A stretch of 20,000 nt of DNA from an uncultured virus (IMG/VR IMGVR_UViG_3300033752_000251) (IMGVR_UViG_3300033752_000251); one strand, 5' to 3'; positions 1 to 8,447 are shown, counted from the stretch's first letter. Notes: generated by a model not told the origin, from the sequence alone. Translations and numbers: made by a program.

Positions 1-576
1 GCCAAAATCGATGAGTCCTTGGTTATCTTGTCTTCTGTTAATATAAAGAAGACGATCAAAAAGATAAAAAAACGATTCGGTATCGATATCGACAAAGATG
101 AGCTTAGATTCTACGAGCAACATCACAAGATCAACAAATTTCAAGTTCAGCTCGTAGGTTACTTCTATGCGAAGTATTTCGGTGGGTATAGAGATATTAA
201 TCTCTTGACACGCTCTCAATATATCAAGCTCATGTTGATACTGAAAAAACGTCTCCAATATCAAGGATTCATCTATCTTCCTATGATCTTATCCGGAAAC
301 GTTGAAAAGCTTATCAAACGGACTATTCAGAATCAGAAGTTTCTGGAAAAGGTTCGTAACTCTCCGGTGTATCAATCTATTCTCCAAGAAAAATTCGGTA
401 TAGTAGTTGATGAGCTGAATAAAAACAACATTATCATAAATCTACTCTCAATCCTTCTCAACTCTCATTTCACGATAGTGGATTATGATTATCCAGAAAA
501 GCTTGGGAATAAGATTGAAATCAATACGCCGGATATCCTGTCTGATGAATTCTTGAACTTTTTAAATCAGATATAA
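1..576 (+). CDS. Probable sigma-like promoter-specificity subunit of the non-virion RNA polymerase (AR9 gp226-like), C-terminal part; 5' end lies outside the window
   Basis: Frame is open from base 1 (AKIDESLVILSSVNIKKTIKKIKKRF...). Blocks such as INKFQVQLVGYFYAKYF, FIYLPMILS, NQKFLEKVRNSPVY, LNKNNIIINLL and the end DILSDEFLNFLNQI follow my recollection of the AR9 gp226 C-terminus. An RNAP subunit and AR9-type late promoters occur in the same window. Confidence 0.7.
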   Translation, partial: AKIDESLVILSSVNIKKTIKKIKKRFGIDIDKDELRFYEQHHKINKFQVQLVGYFYAKYFGGYRDINLLTRSQYIKLMLILKKRLQYQGFIYLPMILSGNVEKLIKRTIQNQKFLEKVRNSPVYQSILQEKFGIVVDELNKNNIIINLLSILLNSHFTIVDYDYPEKLGNKIEINTPDILSDEFLNFLNQI

Positions 577-580
577 CAGT

Positions 581-625
581 AAGGAGAAAGACAGATATTC
601 GACTGTCTTTCTCCTTATTTTTTTT
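581..625 (+). terminator. Intrinsic terminator
   Basis: 14-bp stem AAGGAGAAAGACAG / CTGTCTTTCTCCTT with 8-nt loop, followed by a T-run, directly after the stop at 576. Confidence 0.9.
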
Positions 626-643
626 ATAATAAATAAGAGTGGG

Positions 644-883
644 GTGATTAAAATTAGCAAGTGGTATGAAGATTCACCTAATTTCGATGTTGAAAAAATG
701 ATCGAGTATATTAGAAAAGAAGTGGACGAATTGCTCGATGAATATAATGACTTCATGACCCTATATGAATTATTTGGTGATGAAGATTATAAAGAACTTG
801 CGCTTTTTACAAAACAAACTTTCATGAGGAGGACTAAACACTTAGCATCATTACAGGAATATTTTGAATTGAAAAATAAATGA
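644..883 (+). CDS. Hypothetical protein (about 79 aa, acidic, helical)
   Basis: ORF with phage-like composition between a terminator and the next gene. GGGGTGA overlapping the listed GTG looks like the SD itself, so the real start may lie a few codons later (e.g. ATT at 653). Confidence 0.7.
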   Translation: MIKISKWYEDSPNFDVEKMIEYIRKEVDELLDEYNDFMTLYELFGDEDYKELALFTKQTFMRRTKHLASLQEYFELKNK

Positions 884-910
884 ATAGTAAAAGAAAGATG
901 GTGATATATA

Positions 911-1684
911 ATGAATATTGATTCTACTTCAAATAGAATTTTTCCAGAATGGTTTGAAGCAAATAAGATCCTAAATCAGATGGTCGACCAATTTTATGGA
1001 CCTCATGCTTTTGAACTCCCATATAAACCAAATCGAATTTACATAACCTTGTTTGACATTAGTGCCTTCGATGAATTAACTGATCTAATTTCTGATGAGC
1101 ACACAAATCAAATAAAAGCCATTATAGAATCATTCTCTGAAAAAGTATTTATTGACGCCAATATCGATATAAAAAAGTTAGAAGAAAGATATTCTTATTC
1201 TTTTATAGATGAACAGATAAAGAGGGAACTATACAATTACATCAATCTGCGTCTAAAACAAGCTGAAACTATTTATAAGTATCAATACCGAGACATTTTG
1301 AAAGGTTGTCTGGGTATTAACCCTTATTACTTAAACACACCACATAAATTCAAAAATATATCTTTCAAAGCTTTTGATCAAAAAATGAAAAGTGTAACAA
1401 CAAATCTTGACTCTATTATCGATAAATATGGAAAAGAGATTGGTCAATGGTTGTTTAACGTACTCAGTAATACGATTAAAGTTGTCACAGAAAATAGGGT
1501 ACAAACCGTCACACATCATCGAATTTATGAACTCGGTAATGAAGAAGATAAGTTCATATATGAACGAATTGCTGAGGAAGCAAGAGATGATGAAACTGTG
1601 GTATATGAAATAGGTGTAGTTCATCCGTCAACAGGAAGATACTTCATGCTCGGTTTCAATTATAAAAAGGAGGGGAGAACCTAA
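911..1684 (+). CDS. Hypothetical protein (257 aa)
   Basis: Long ORF, SD-like GGTGA upstream, followed by a terminator. No motif recognised. Confidence 0.8.
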   Translation: MNIDSTSNRIFPEWFEANKILNQMVDQFYGPHAFELPYKPNRIYITLFDISAFDELTDLISDEHTNQIKAIIESFSEKVFIDANIDIKKLEERYSYSFIDEQIKRELYNYINLRLKQAETIYKYQYRDILKGCLGINPYYLNTPHKFKNISFKAFDQKMKSVTTNLDSIIDKYGKEIGQWLFNVLSNTIKVVTENRVQTVTHHRIYELGNEEDKFIYERIAEEARDDETVVYEIGVVHPSTGRYFMLGFNYKKEGRT

Positions 1685-1708
1685 ATAGTTCTCCCCTCTA
1701 TTTTTTTT
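1670..1708 (+). terminator. Intrinsic terminator
   Basis: Stem GAGGGGAGAAC / GTTCTCCCCTC with 7-nt loop, then a T-run. Confidence 0.9.
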
Positions 1709-1714
1709 AGTTTA

Positions 1715-1722
1715 TATATTAT
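1715..1722 (+). promoter_or_regulatory. Putative early (virion RNAP) promoter core TATATTAT
   Basis: Sits between a terminator and the primase gene. The same octamer or one-mismatch versions precede five other transcription units. Confidence 0.55.
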
Positions 1723-1782
1723 TAAATCGAAACCTAGATTTATATAAACGGATCAACAAATATGAGATAGGTGGTGATAATA

Positions 1783-2826
1783 ATGAATAACAGAGAATTT
1801 AAACTTCGTCTGTATAATAAACTTTCTGAACTTGATGTTTTCTATCCAAAAGGAACTGAGGTTGCAATAAGATGTCCTTTTTGTGGGGACAGTCAGAAAA
1901 ATGAAAGAAGTGCTCACTTTTATATACGAATAAATCTAATGGATGATGAACCAGTATTGTTCAATTGCTTCAGAGCTGATTGTGGGATGTCGGGAATACT
2001 GACCCCCTCGATCCTCAGAACTCTGAAAATTAATGATTTACAACTTAACAGCAATCTCATCTCTTATAACAAAAAAGCTATGAAGTCAGTTAACAAGCAA
2101 TTCGGTATTAAAGACAACAATTTTGATCTTGAAGTGCCGGATGTTGATGTAAATAATAAATTGAATATTTTAAAGAGAGATTATATTAACAATCGGCTCG
2201 GGACAGATTTCTCTTTCGGTGAGTTAACTAAAATGAAAGTTATATTTAATTTTCCCCAGTTTCTTAGACATAATGGGATAGAAAAGTTGACTGTTTCTAA
2301 AGAGAAAGCATTATTACTTCATGAAAACTATGTTGGGTTCTTGACAACTAGAAACGAATTTATAAACTTTAGAAATATATTTGACAATAAACTCAGAAGA
2401 TATGAAAAATATTCGATTTACCAAAATATAGACAACACTAGAAAATTCTATACAATTCCGAACGAAATCGATCTTCTTTCAAATAAAGCCATTTATTTGA
2501 ATGTGGCGGAAGGTATATTTGACATCCTCGGAATATACAGTCACATATTTAACGGGGAAAAAGAAAATATGATTTATGCCGCAGTAAATGGTGCGGCTTT
2601 CACAAATGTTATAAAGTACTTTATTCAGATGGGCGTTGTAGGAAATGTGGTAGTAAATATATTTTCAGATAGTAATGTCAGTCCTAGGATTTATAGAAAA
2701 ATGATTGATGAACTTAAGGTATGGGTTTCTGAATTCAATGTATTTTATAACGAAATATTTGTAAATGGTAAAGCTGACTATGGAGTTCCTGCTAATAAAA
2801 TAAAAATAAAGAGGGTGCGGATATGA
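1783..2826 (+). CDS. DNA primase (T4 gp61/DnaG-like; Zn finger plus TOPRIM)
   Basis: N-terminal CPFCGDS...H...CFRADC zinc-binding motif. TOPRIM-like VAEGIFD, FSDSN and KADYG. SD GGTGGTGA favours ATG at 1783 over GTG at 1771. Confidence 0.85.
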   Translation: MNNREFKLRLYNKLSELDVFYPKGTEVAIRCPFCGDSQKNERSAHFYIRINLMDDEPVLFNCFRADCGMSGILTPSILRTLKINDLQLNSNLISYNKKAMKSVNKQFGIKDNNFDLEVPDVDVNNKLNILKRDYINNRLGTDFSFGELTKMKVIFNFPQFLRHNGIEKLTVSKEKALLLHENYVGFLTTRNEFINFRNIFDNKLRRYEKYSIYQNIDNTRKFYTIPNEIDLLSNKAIYLNVAEGIFDILGIYSHIFNGEKENMIYAAVNGAAFTNVIKYFIQMGVVGNVVVNIFSDSNVSPRIYRKMIDELKVWVSEFNVFYNEIFVNGKADYGVPANKIKIKRVRI

Positions 2827-3270
2827 TTATCTTTAATTACAGACTGTTTAATGCTTTGGATAATTTTAAAAAATTTTATACACATTTATTTTCTGACAAA
2901 AATAATCGAAGAAAAAGGTTTAGTAACTTTAAAGGAAATGAAGAAATTAAATATCTCTGCTTTACCGGGTAAAATTTATGATAAAATGCGTACATTTGAT
3001 AGCAATTATCGTCCAGCATTTCATTTTTCTAAAATAGTTTTAGTAGAAAAATCTTGTTTTAGTGCCATATAATGCCGCTGTAAGCGATAAATATAAATAT
3101 TACAATGGAGTTATCGTTTACATTCGTATTGAAGATGAGTGTATATTAGTTAGAGATTCACGTTATAAGTTTTTTAGACCATTTTATTGGAAAATGAAAG
3201 GTCCATGGGTTGATGATTAATATAAACTGGGTAATAAATTAATAAAAGAAATGAGTGAAAAAATAAAGTA
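2823..3270 (+). pseudogene. Probable decayed gene in three overlapping frame fragments
   Basis: ATG at 2823 overlaps the primase stop (ATGA) with GAGGGTG upstream and closes at 2972. A second frame is open to 3072. A third is open 3047-3217 (…RDSRYKFFRPFYWKMKGPWVDD) and continues protein-like after TAA (YKLGNKLIKEMSEKIK) into the terminator. Confidence 0.5.
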
Positions 3271-3310
3271 CAGTCATCATAGTGACTGTACTTTATTTTT
3301 TTTTTATTTT
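3259..3310 (+). terminator. Intrinsic terminator
   Basis: 18-bp inverted repeat AAAAATAAAGTACAGTCA / TGACTGTACTTTATTTTT with a long T-run. Confidence 0.9.
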
Positions 3311-3343
3311 TGTGCAATGATTCCATGGAAAATATTAAAGGGG

Positions 3344-3356
3344 AACAAGTATATAA
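3344..3356 (+). promoter_or_regulatory. Late promoter AACA-N6-TAA
   Basis: AACA-AGTATA-TAA about 30 nt before ATG 3388. Matches the AR9 late consensus AACA-N6-TA. Confidence 0.75.
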
Positions 3357-3387
3357 TTAAGTGTAAAATCTGTGAGGTGAGGTTATA

Positions 3388-4596
3388 ATGGCTTTTCTCT
3401 TAGATGAGAGAAAGTTTATAAATGACAGTGTCTTCATGATGGAAGATAGACTAAATTCACAATACTCAAGATTTCTAGATAAAACTCCTACGTTTACAAC
3501 ATACTACAATGTTAACAATATCGAAAGCACCGCCGATAGTGGTTTCCAATCAGTAGAAAGGGTTATTGGGGCCGATTCACCTATTCGATACAATAAGGTT
3601 ACAAATTTCCCTATTTACGGAATAGAGCAAATAATTCTTGATTTACAAGATGAAGATCAAGGTCTTGACAGTGAATATGACGGAGAAGGTATTATTCTCC
3701 CTAATACAGTTAAACCCCTCCCTTATGATTTTTTTATCATCGATTATCTTGGTAAACAATATCTTTTCCAAGTAACGACTATTTCATATGACACTATCAA
3801 GAGTAACAATTTTTATAGAATTGGTTTTAAGATAAAATATACAGATAATGATAAAAATGAAATCGAAAAACAAGTAACTGATAAATATAATTGTATTTTT
3901 ACTAACATTGGGACAGCGGAAAAGTGCCTCATCAAAGAAGAAGATGTCTCTCGTCTTATAGAATTGAATAAAGTCTATACTTTAATCGCTGAACGATACA
4001 AAATTTTCTTCTATAATAAAAAATATAACGCTTTCTTATTTAATGAAGCTGAAGCAGGTAAACTCACGTATAATTTACTTTATGACAGATATCAATCGGA
4101 ATTTATTAACAGCAATGAACTCTTTAGAGAGAAGAATAATTATATGACTTGCTATCTAACGGCTGAACGGAAAGACCATAGATTCCTTATTGAATATAAT
4201 GATAGTATTTATAAAGCATTGGAAATGGGTAAAATAGATTATAACAAAAAATATATGTATCGTATAGATTATATTAATAATCCTACCTCAATTTTCTCAG
4301 TCTATCGTGAGCATAGAGCTCGTGATATAGTGCTAGGTAGAGGGGATAATTTCTATGTTCCATATGAATTAATCACGAAAATTGCAAAGAATGAAATCGT
4401 GGATGATGATAATATTGTATGGGAACTCATCATTAAATACTTCAACAAAGGAATTGATTCCGTTTATACAATTGATATAGATAAATTACGAGACTATAAT
4501 ACTTATATGGATTATAACTTTGAAACTTTCATACTACTTCCCATCGTATTATTCATTATTAAGAAAAAATATGCTGAATTTATGGGAACTAATTGA
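3388..4596 (+). CDS. Probable virion structural protein (neck/head-closure-like; jumbo-phage type)
   Basis: 402-aa ORF with SD GAGGTGAGG and a late promoter. N-terminal motifs (PTFTTYY, SPIRYNKV..FPIYG, GIILPNTVKPLPYDFF) resemble jumbo-phage structural proteins. The exact role is inferred. Confidence 0.55.
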   Translation: MAFLLDERKFINDSVFMMEDRLNSQYSRFLDKTPTFTTYYNVNNIESTADSGFQSVERVIGADSPIRYNKVTNFPIYGIEQIILDLQDEDQGLDSEYDGEGIILPNTVKPLPYDFFIIDYLGKQYLFQVTTISYDTIKSNNFYRIGFKIKYTDNDKNEIEKQVTDKYNCIFTNIGTAEKCLIKEEDVSRLIELNKVYTLIAERYKIFFYNKKYNAFLFNEAEAGKLTYNLLYDRYQSEFINSNELFREKNNYMTCYLTAERKDHRFLIEYNDSIYKALEMGKIDYNKKYMYRIDYINNPTSIFSVYREHRARDIVLGRGDNFYVPYELITKIAKNEIVDDDNIVWELIIKYFNKGIDSVYTIDIDKLRDYNTYMDYNFETFILLPIVLFIIKKKYAEFMGTN

Positions 4597-4604
4597 ATTA
4601 TCGA

Positions 4605-4617
4605 AACATTACCATAA
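4605..4617 (+). promoter_or_regulatory. Late promoter AACA-N6-TAA
   Basis: AACA-TTACCA-TAA about 30 nt upstream of ATG 4648. Confidence 0.75.
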
Positions 4618-4647
4618 AAAGATTTAGGAGAAAGGTGGAATAAAGCA

Positions 4648-4917
4648 ATGCTTATCGGTCTGAAAAAGGCTATTAACGAACATCGGCAGGCTGAGCTCTT
4701 TAATGACGTTCTGCTGGAAAATTCTGCAGACCAAATTAAGAGTATGTTTTTGGACGATCCGGATGTTGTAACCATTGGTGCTGAAAACGATCCGGAAATT
4801 AAGTCGCTTGTCAATGATCTCCCTGAATATGGGGGCGAAGAAGAAGAGATCGAAGATGAAATCAAGTCTGTTTCTGAAAGTTTGACTGAGACGTCATTGG
4901 TAAAAGATAATAACTAA
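4648..4917 (+). CDS. Small acidic late protein (putative internal head/scaffold-type), paralog of 4994..5458
   Basis: SD AAGGTGG and its own late promoter. Shares GLKKA, FLDD.D.V.IGAENDPEIK.LV..PEY.G with the next gene. Confidence 0.8.
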   Translation: MLIGLKKAINEHRQAELFNDVLLENSADQIKSMFLDDPDVVTIGAENDPEIKSLVNDLPEYGGEEEEIEDEIKSVSESLTETSLVKDNN

Positions 4918-4946
4918 TCAAACTAATTTATCTCGTATATTAATTA

Positions 4947-4959
4947 AACAAATCCTTAA
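4947..4959 (+). promoter_or_regulatory. Late promoter AACA-N6-TAA
   Basis: AACA-AATCCT-TAA about 35 nt upstream of TTG 4994. Confidence 0.75.
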
Positions 4960-4993
4960 TCTTTATGTCTACCTGAAAGGAGGTTGGGGTAAT

Positions 4994-5458
4994 TTGATTG
5001 AAGGATTGAAGAAAGCCTTGCGTTCTGAAGAGAATGAAAATTTTCTCTTTGATGCTATTCTTGAAAATGCAAGCGAGGCTTCTGATGAAGTCCGTGATGC
5101 ATTTCTCGATGATATTGACTATGTTGTAATCGGTGCTGAAAATGATCCTGAAATCAAAGCACTCGTAGAGACTATTCCCGAGTATAGTGGCTCTGAAGTC
5201 GAGGAAGCAGAGGTTGAGCAAGAGATTTCTACCCTTGTAGAAAATCTTGCTGCTACAGTAACGAAGCTCTCACCTCAACATATTGAAGAGCTGAAGCGGG
5301 AAATTAACAAACTCAAGGCAAAAAATGAACGTCTTCGTGGAGAATTAGAATTCTTCCGTAAACGTGGTAACACTATGCAGTCCATGCGTTGTCAGCGAGA
5401 GATTGAAGAAAACGAGCGACGGATCAATCGCATCGAAGAAGACATCCGTAATAACTAA
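4994..5458 (+). CDS. Acidic late protein with C-terminal coiled coil, paralog of 4648..4917
   Basis: SD GGAGG/GGGGT and TTG start. The first ~85 aa align with 4648..4917. The C-terminal ~65 aa show a heptad pattern (IEELKREINKLKAKNERLRGEL). Confidence 0.85.
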   Translation: MIEGLKKALRSEENENFLFDAILENASEASDEVRDAFLDDIDYVVIGAENDPEIKALVETIPEYSGSEVEEAEVEQEISTLVENLAATVTKLSPQHIEELKREINKLKAKNERLRGELEFFRKRGNTMQSMRCQREIEENERRINRIEEDIRNN

Positions 5459-5476
5459 TATGAAAGGGTGGAACAA

Positions 5477-5932
5477 ATGAAACCAACGAAACGTATTCAT
5501 ATTCCATATAATGGTCCCATTTATGCCAAACAAGGCGTCTATGGACCTATTGTCACTCCTTACAAGGAAGATCTTGATGTGATCCAACAAATGCTGGTTG
5601 CAGGAATCCCTGTGTACGAAGTTGTTGACGGAAGAGAAATTAAACTTACCCTTAGTAACTTCAAGCAAGATTTTACTAAGCAAGAACAAGAAGAAAAAGT
5701 TACCGTTGACAAAAACCCCAAAATTCCTGTACCCTCTGATTTTACCAAGGTTGAGGATACTGAAGTTGACAAAAAACCTGAAGAAAGTGAAGAAAATAAT
5801 AAGGTAGAGGGAAATGAACCTTCCTCGGAAGAAAATAAACAACAAGAAAAAAATAACTCCAATAAGAATAATGCAAATGCACGAAATCAAGAAAAAAAAG
5901 ATATTAAGCCGGATAAGGTTACTAAGAAATAA
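5477..5932 (+). CDS. Hypothetical protein: compact N-terminal domain plus low-complexity E/K/N tail
   Basis: SD AAGGGTGG favours ATG 5477. N-terminal GPI...GPIVTPYKE...IPVYEV domain, then a disordered charged tail. Confidence 0.8.
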   Translation: MKPTKRIHIPYNGPIYAKQGVYGPIVTPYKEDLDVIQQMLVAGIPVYEVVDGREIKLTLSNFKQDFTKQEQEEKVTVDKNPKIPVPSDFTKVEDTEVDKKPEESEENNKVEGNEPSSEENKQQEKNNSNKNNANARNQEKKDIKPDKVTKK

Positions 5933-5934
5933 GA

Positions 5935-5972
5935 AAATATCCCATAGGGGGAAGACCCCCTATGGGATATTT
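5935..5972. terminator. Bidirectional terminator hairpin
   Basis: Perfect 17-bp stem AAATATCCCATAGGGGG / CCCCCTATGGGATATTT with AAGA loop, between convergent units. Confidence 0.85.
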
Positions 5973-5989
5973 CGACGACCAAACTTTAA

Positions 5990-6064
5990 TCAAGCCGGTC
6001 TACCAACGGTCTCGCCCTCATAGGGACCGCTTCTCAGAATCCTGTCCGTGAGTGTAATTCTCAT
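5990..6064 (-). CDS. Unannotated 24-aa small protein MRITLTDRILRSGPYEGETVGRPA
   Basis: On the minus strand GGGAGGTG-CCGT-ATG (6064) runs to TGA (5992-5990). An early-type TACATTAT lies at 6118-6111, and the 5935-5972 hairpin follows it. Confidence 0.6.
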   Translation of the reverse strand: MRITLTDRILRSGPYEGETVGRPA

Positions 6065-6141
6065 ACGGCACCTCCCGCGTTATTGGTTTTTATTTCTTAT
6101 ACTCGTGTCTATAATGTATATTTAATAACCAATAAAATACG

Positions 6142-6194
6142 AAAAAAGATAATAGACTATAAATGCTTTATGCATATAGTCTATTATCTTTTTT
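6142..6194 (-). terminator. Terminator of the RNAP operon (symmetric, may be bidirectional)
   Basis: 20-bp inverted repeat AAAAAAGATAATAGACTATA / TATAGTCTATTATCTTTTTT just after the RNAP stop at 6208. Confidence 0.85.
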
Positions 6195-6207
6195 TATTTT
6201 GGTTCTA

Positions 6208-7788
6208 TCATTTTTCAAATTTAGTAAGCATGTAAAGCGTCTGAATACCTTCGTTGGTCGTTTTACGCATATTCTGTCCGTAGATATTCAAGATGTGATG
6301 TTTCCCCATCATTATCTCTTCAGCCTCTCTATTAGCTTCCTGCGAATAAAGACCTTTTACTGTAACCTGGTCCCCATCGTAGTCCCCACCGAGACCATGA
6401 AGGAAAAGATTTGACATTGTTATGGTATCGACGAAATATACAGATACTTTATCTTTGGGCATTTTGATATCAACATTGGGATAATTTTTATAGAGTTTAG
6501 AACCAACATACATAGGCACCGTATCATGCGTGCTAAGTACTGTAACTTTCGAAGGGAACATTCCGAAATAGTCGAGTACGGGATATCGTGTGATATATAC
6601 CATTTTATTAGATGTAACATCAACTGCAGCTTGGAACAATACGTCACACCATGTTGCGGGACGATCAACAAGAGGTGATTCTTCTTCAGGTACACCTTGT
6701 TTGAAGAAACGTCCTGCAAAACTCATATAGACGCCATCTTTGAACTCAGGATCATCTACAGGAAGCATGATGGGTTCGAATCTGTCCCCATAGCTGAAAA
6801 TAAATTTGTCGATTTGTTTCTTTATATATTCTTCGTTGAAATAAAGCTCAGGATCTTTTAAATGCACATACTTGATTTCTCCGTTTTTCTTCATCACAGG
6901 GTATCTATTACCAAGTCTCTCAATCTCCCGCTGGAAGAACCTTTTCACCCATGCCACAATAAATGGAGTGAACAAGGAACAACATTGGGCCAGAGGAATA
7001 CCACAATGGTAGAAATCCACCATCATGTCCTCAGGTCTTTCTGCTTTAAATACAGGAGCAGAAATAACTGAGCGAGCACCGTAGTCAATTGATTTACCGA
7101 GAAGAGATTTCTTTATAAGACCATGCTTTTTCTCAATTCTAGATTTCAAGAGATCATAAATTTCTACTAAGGTCATTTGAATTTTTGCTCTTACACCATT
7201 AAGCTCAAATTCAAAACTGTTTCCGTTTTTGAGAATTGATGCATTGCGAATCAGTTTCGAGTATTTGTCGTTGATCTCATGGTGGGAGATCTTACCCACC
7301 TGGGAAGACTGAAGATTAACATCCCGATAAAATGCGGGAATAACGATACATGTGGTCGTAAAAATTGTGTCTTTCTTATATGCGTTCAAAACGTCGATAC
7401 GCTCATTACGCATCATACTGTTATTTTTCTCAAAATTTAATTCATCCCATACTTTATAGAGAAATTCTAAGCCAGTGTCTCCATTTTCTTCATCTACAAC
7501 AAGATTACCCTTTTCGACTTTGAAGCGTTTCGTACCGTGAACAATATGCTCAAAGTTTCTATTCATTCTTCTGAGAAGTTTGTAGATGAAAGGTTGAAGG
7601 AAATGACCACCGAGGTCAATAAAACCCCAGTTTTCTTGTCTTTCTTTTACAGATACACCGAAAATTTCAGTAGACAACAAACCCTTTGCTGTTGGAATAT
7701 TACCCTTCTCAAAGAGAATGGGATCAGATACTTCTTTTAAGCGGTTTATAACTATAAATTCTTTAGTTGGAATTAAATCTATCTTCAT
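6208..7788 (-). CDS. Multisubunit RNA polymerase beta'-like subunit, N-terminal half with catalytic loop; probably virion RNAP
   Basis: GLLSTEIFG, WGFIDLG, VIPAFYRD, GLIKKSLLGKSIDYGARSVIS, TRYP and catalytic GGDYDGDQV (DYDGD at 6384-6370). It ends soon after at EGIQTLYMLTK, so beta' is split. SD AGGAGG favours ATG 7788. It is co-oriented with baseplate genes in a late operon. Confidence 0.92.
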   Translation of the reverse strand: MKIDLIPTKEFIVINRLKEVSDPILFEKGNIPTAKGLLSTEIFGVSVKERQENWGFIDLGGHFLQPFIYKLLRRMNRNFEHIVHGTKRFKVEKGNLVVDEENGDTGLEFLYKVWDELNFEKNNSMMRNERIDVLNAYKKDTIFTTTCIVIPAFYRDVNLQSSQVGKISHHEINDKYSKLIRNASILKNGNSFEFELNGVRAKIQMTLVEIYDLLKSRIEKKHGLIKKSLLGKSIDYGARSVISAPVFKAERPEDMMVDFYHCGIPLAQCCSLFTPFIVAWVKRFFQREIERLGNRYPVMKKNGEIKYVHLKDPELYFNEEYIKKQIDKFIFSYGDRFEPIMLPVDDPEFKDGVYMSFAGRFFKQGVPEEESPLVDRPATWCDVLFQAAVDVTSNKMVYITRYPVLDYFGMFPSKVTVLSTHDTVPMYVGSKLYKNYPNVDIKMPKDKVSVYFVDTITMSNLFLHGLGGDYDGDQVTVKGLYSQEANREAEEIMMGKHHILNIYGQNMRKTTNEGIQTLYMLTKFEK

Positions 7789-8155
7789 AAATATCCTCCT
7801 CACTACAGATGTTTTTGTTCTCTATAGTGATGTAGAGGGATTTTTTATCGACTTTAATATCGACTGAAAAATACTTTGCAGGATAACCTTTAAAGGTTTT
7901 TGCAATATTAGAAAATTCCTTATTAAATTCTCTGAGATTTTTATTACTTTCGAAGTCGATTCTAAATTCAATTGCTCCCGGACTGTCAGAATTAGAACAG
8001 CGTATCTTATTAACTCCTTCAAGGGAAATATTTTCCATCAAACGATAGAAATATTTAAATTTTTCGTAGTGCGAATCCAAAACTTTTTCGAATAGTGAAT
8101 AATCAGCTAACTCATCGTGAGTTAGCTGATTGAAAAGTGTAATTACATCAAGCAT
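7763..8155 (-). CDS. Hypothetical protein (about 130 aa) overlapping the RNAP gene start
   Basis: SD GGAGGGAGGG before ATG 8155 (MLDVITLFNQ...). Overlaps both neighbours, consistent with translational coupling. Confidence 0.8.
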   Translation of the reverse strand: MLDVITLFNQLTHDELADYSLFEKVLDSHYEKFKYFYRLMENISLEGVNKIRCSNSDSPGAIEFRIDFESNKNLREFNKEFSNIAKTFKGYPAKYFSVDIKVDKKSLYITIENKNICSEEDIYEDRFNSN

Positions 8156-8447
8156 GATGCCCTCCCTCCTCCAGAGAAGAAGCCAATGTATCATTCTCCT
8201 CCGGATTTTCAATCGAAGCCTGTTGGGAGGGTCTTACTTGTTTGGACATATATTCTTTACCATAGTGTAATAAATGATTCAAGATCTCATAGAACTCGTA
8301 ATCTTCCATTGCTTTTACTTCAGTATAGGTGAGATAACCTCCAGATAATTTCACAAGCCAGAAATGGTTAACCGGAGTTCTCACAATATTGGTCGAAATA
8401 AGCGTATGAGTACTATCTGCGGAAGAATCAACAGAGGTTCTCGCCAT
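8148..8447 (-). CDS. Small protein, possibly tail-chaperone C-terminal-domain-like (T4 gp51/lambda gpT-like)
   Basis: SD AAAGGGGT. The segment LSGGYLTYTEVKAMEDYEFYEIL resembles the short helical module of tail chaperone extensions. Confidence 0.65.
   Translation of the reverse strand: MARTSVDSSADSTHTLISTNIVRTPVNHFWLVKLSGGYLTYTEVKAMEDYEFYEILNHLLHYGKEYMSKQVRPSQQASIENPEENDTLASSLEEGGHHA

Noticed and set aside
2851..3072. 73-aa ORF as an independent gene
   Set aside because: No SD; better explained as the middle fragment of the decayed gene starting at 2823.
4512..5890. Minus-strand ORFs 4512..4865, 4940..5221, 5345..5890 and 5560..5862
   Set aside because: Ser/Phe-rich antisense shadows of Glu/Lys-rich plus-strand genes that have SDs and promoters.
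5973..6080. tRNA or CRISPR repeat in the GC-richer intergenic island
   Set aside because: No cloverleaf or T-loop consensus and no repeat-spacer periodicity here or elsewhere in the window.
6208..7788. Intron or intein in the RNAP gene, as found in some AR9 RNAP genes
   Set aside because: The ORF is continuous, motifs are in order, and no intein or homing-endonuclease signature is visible.
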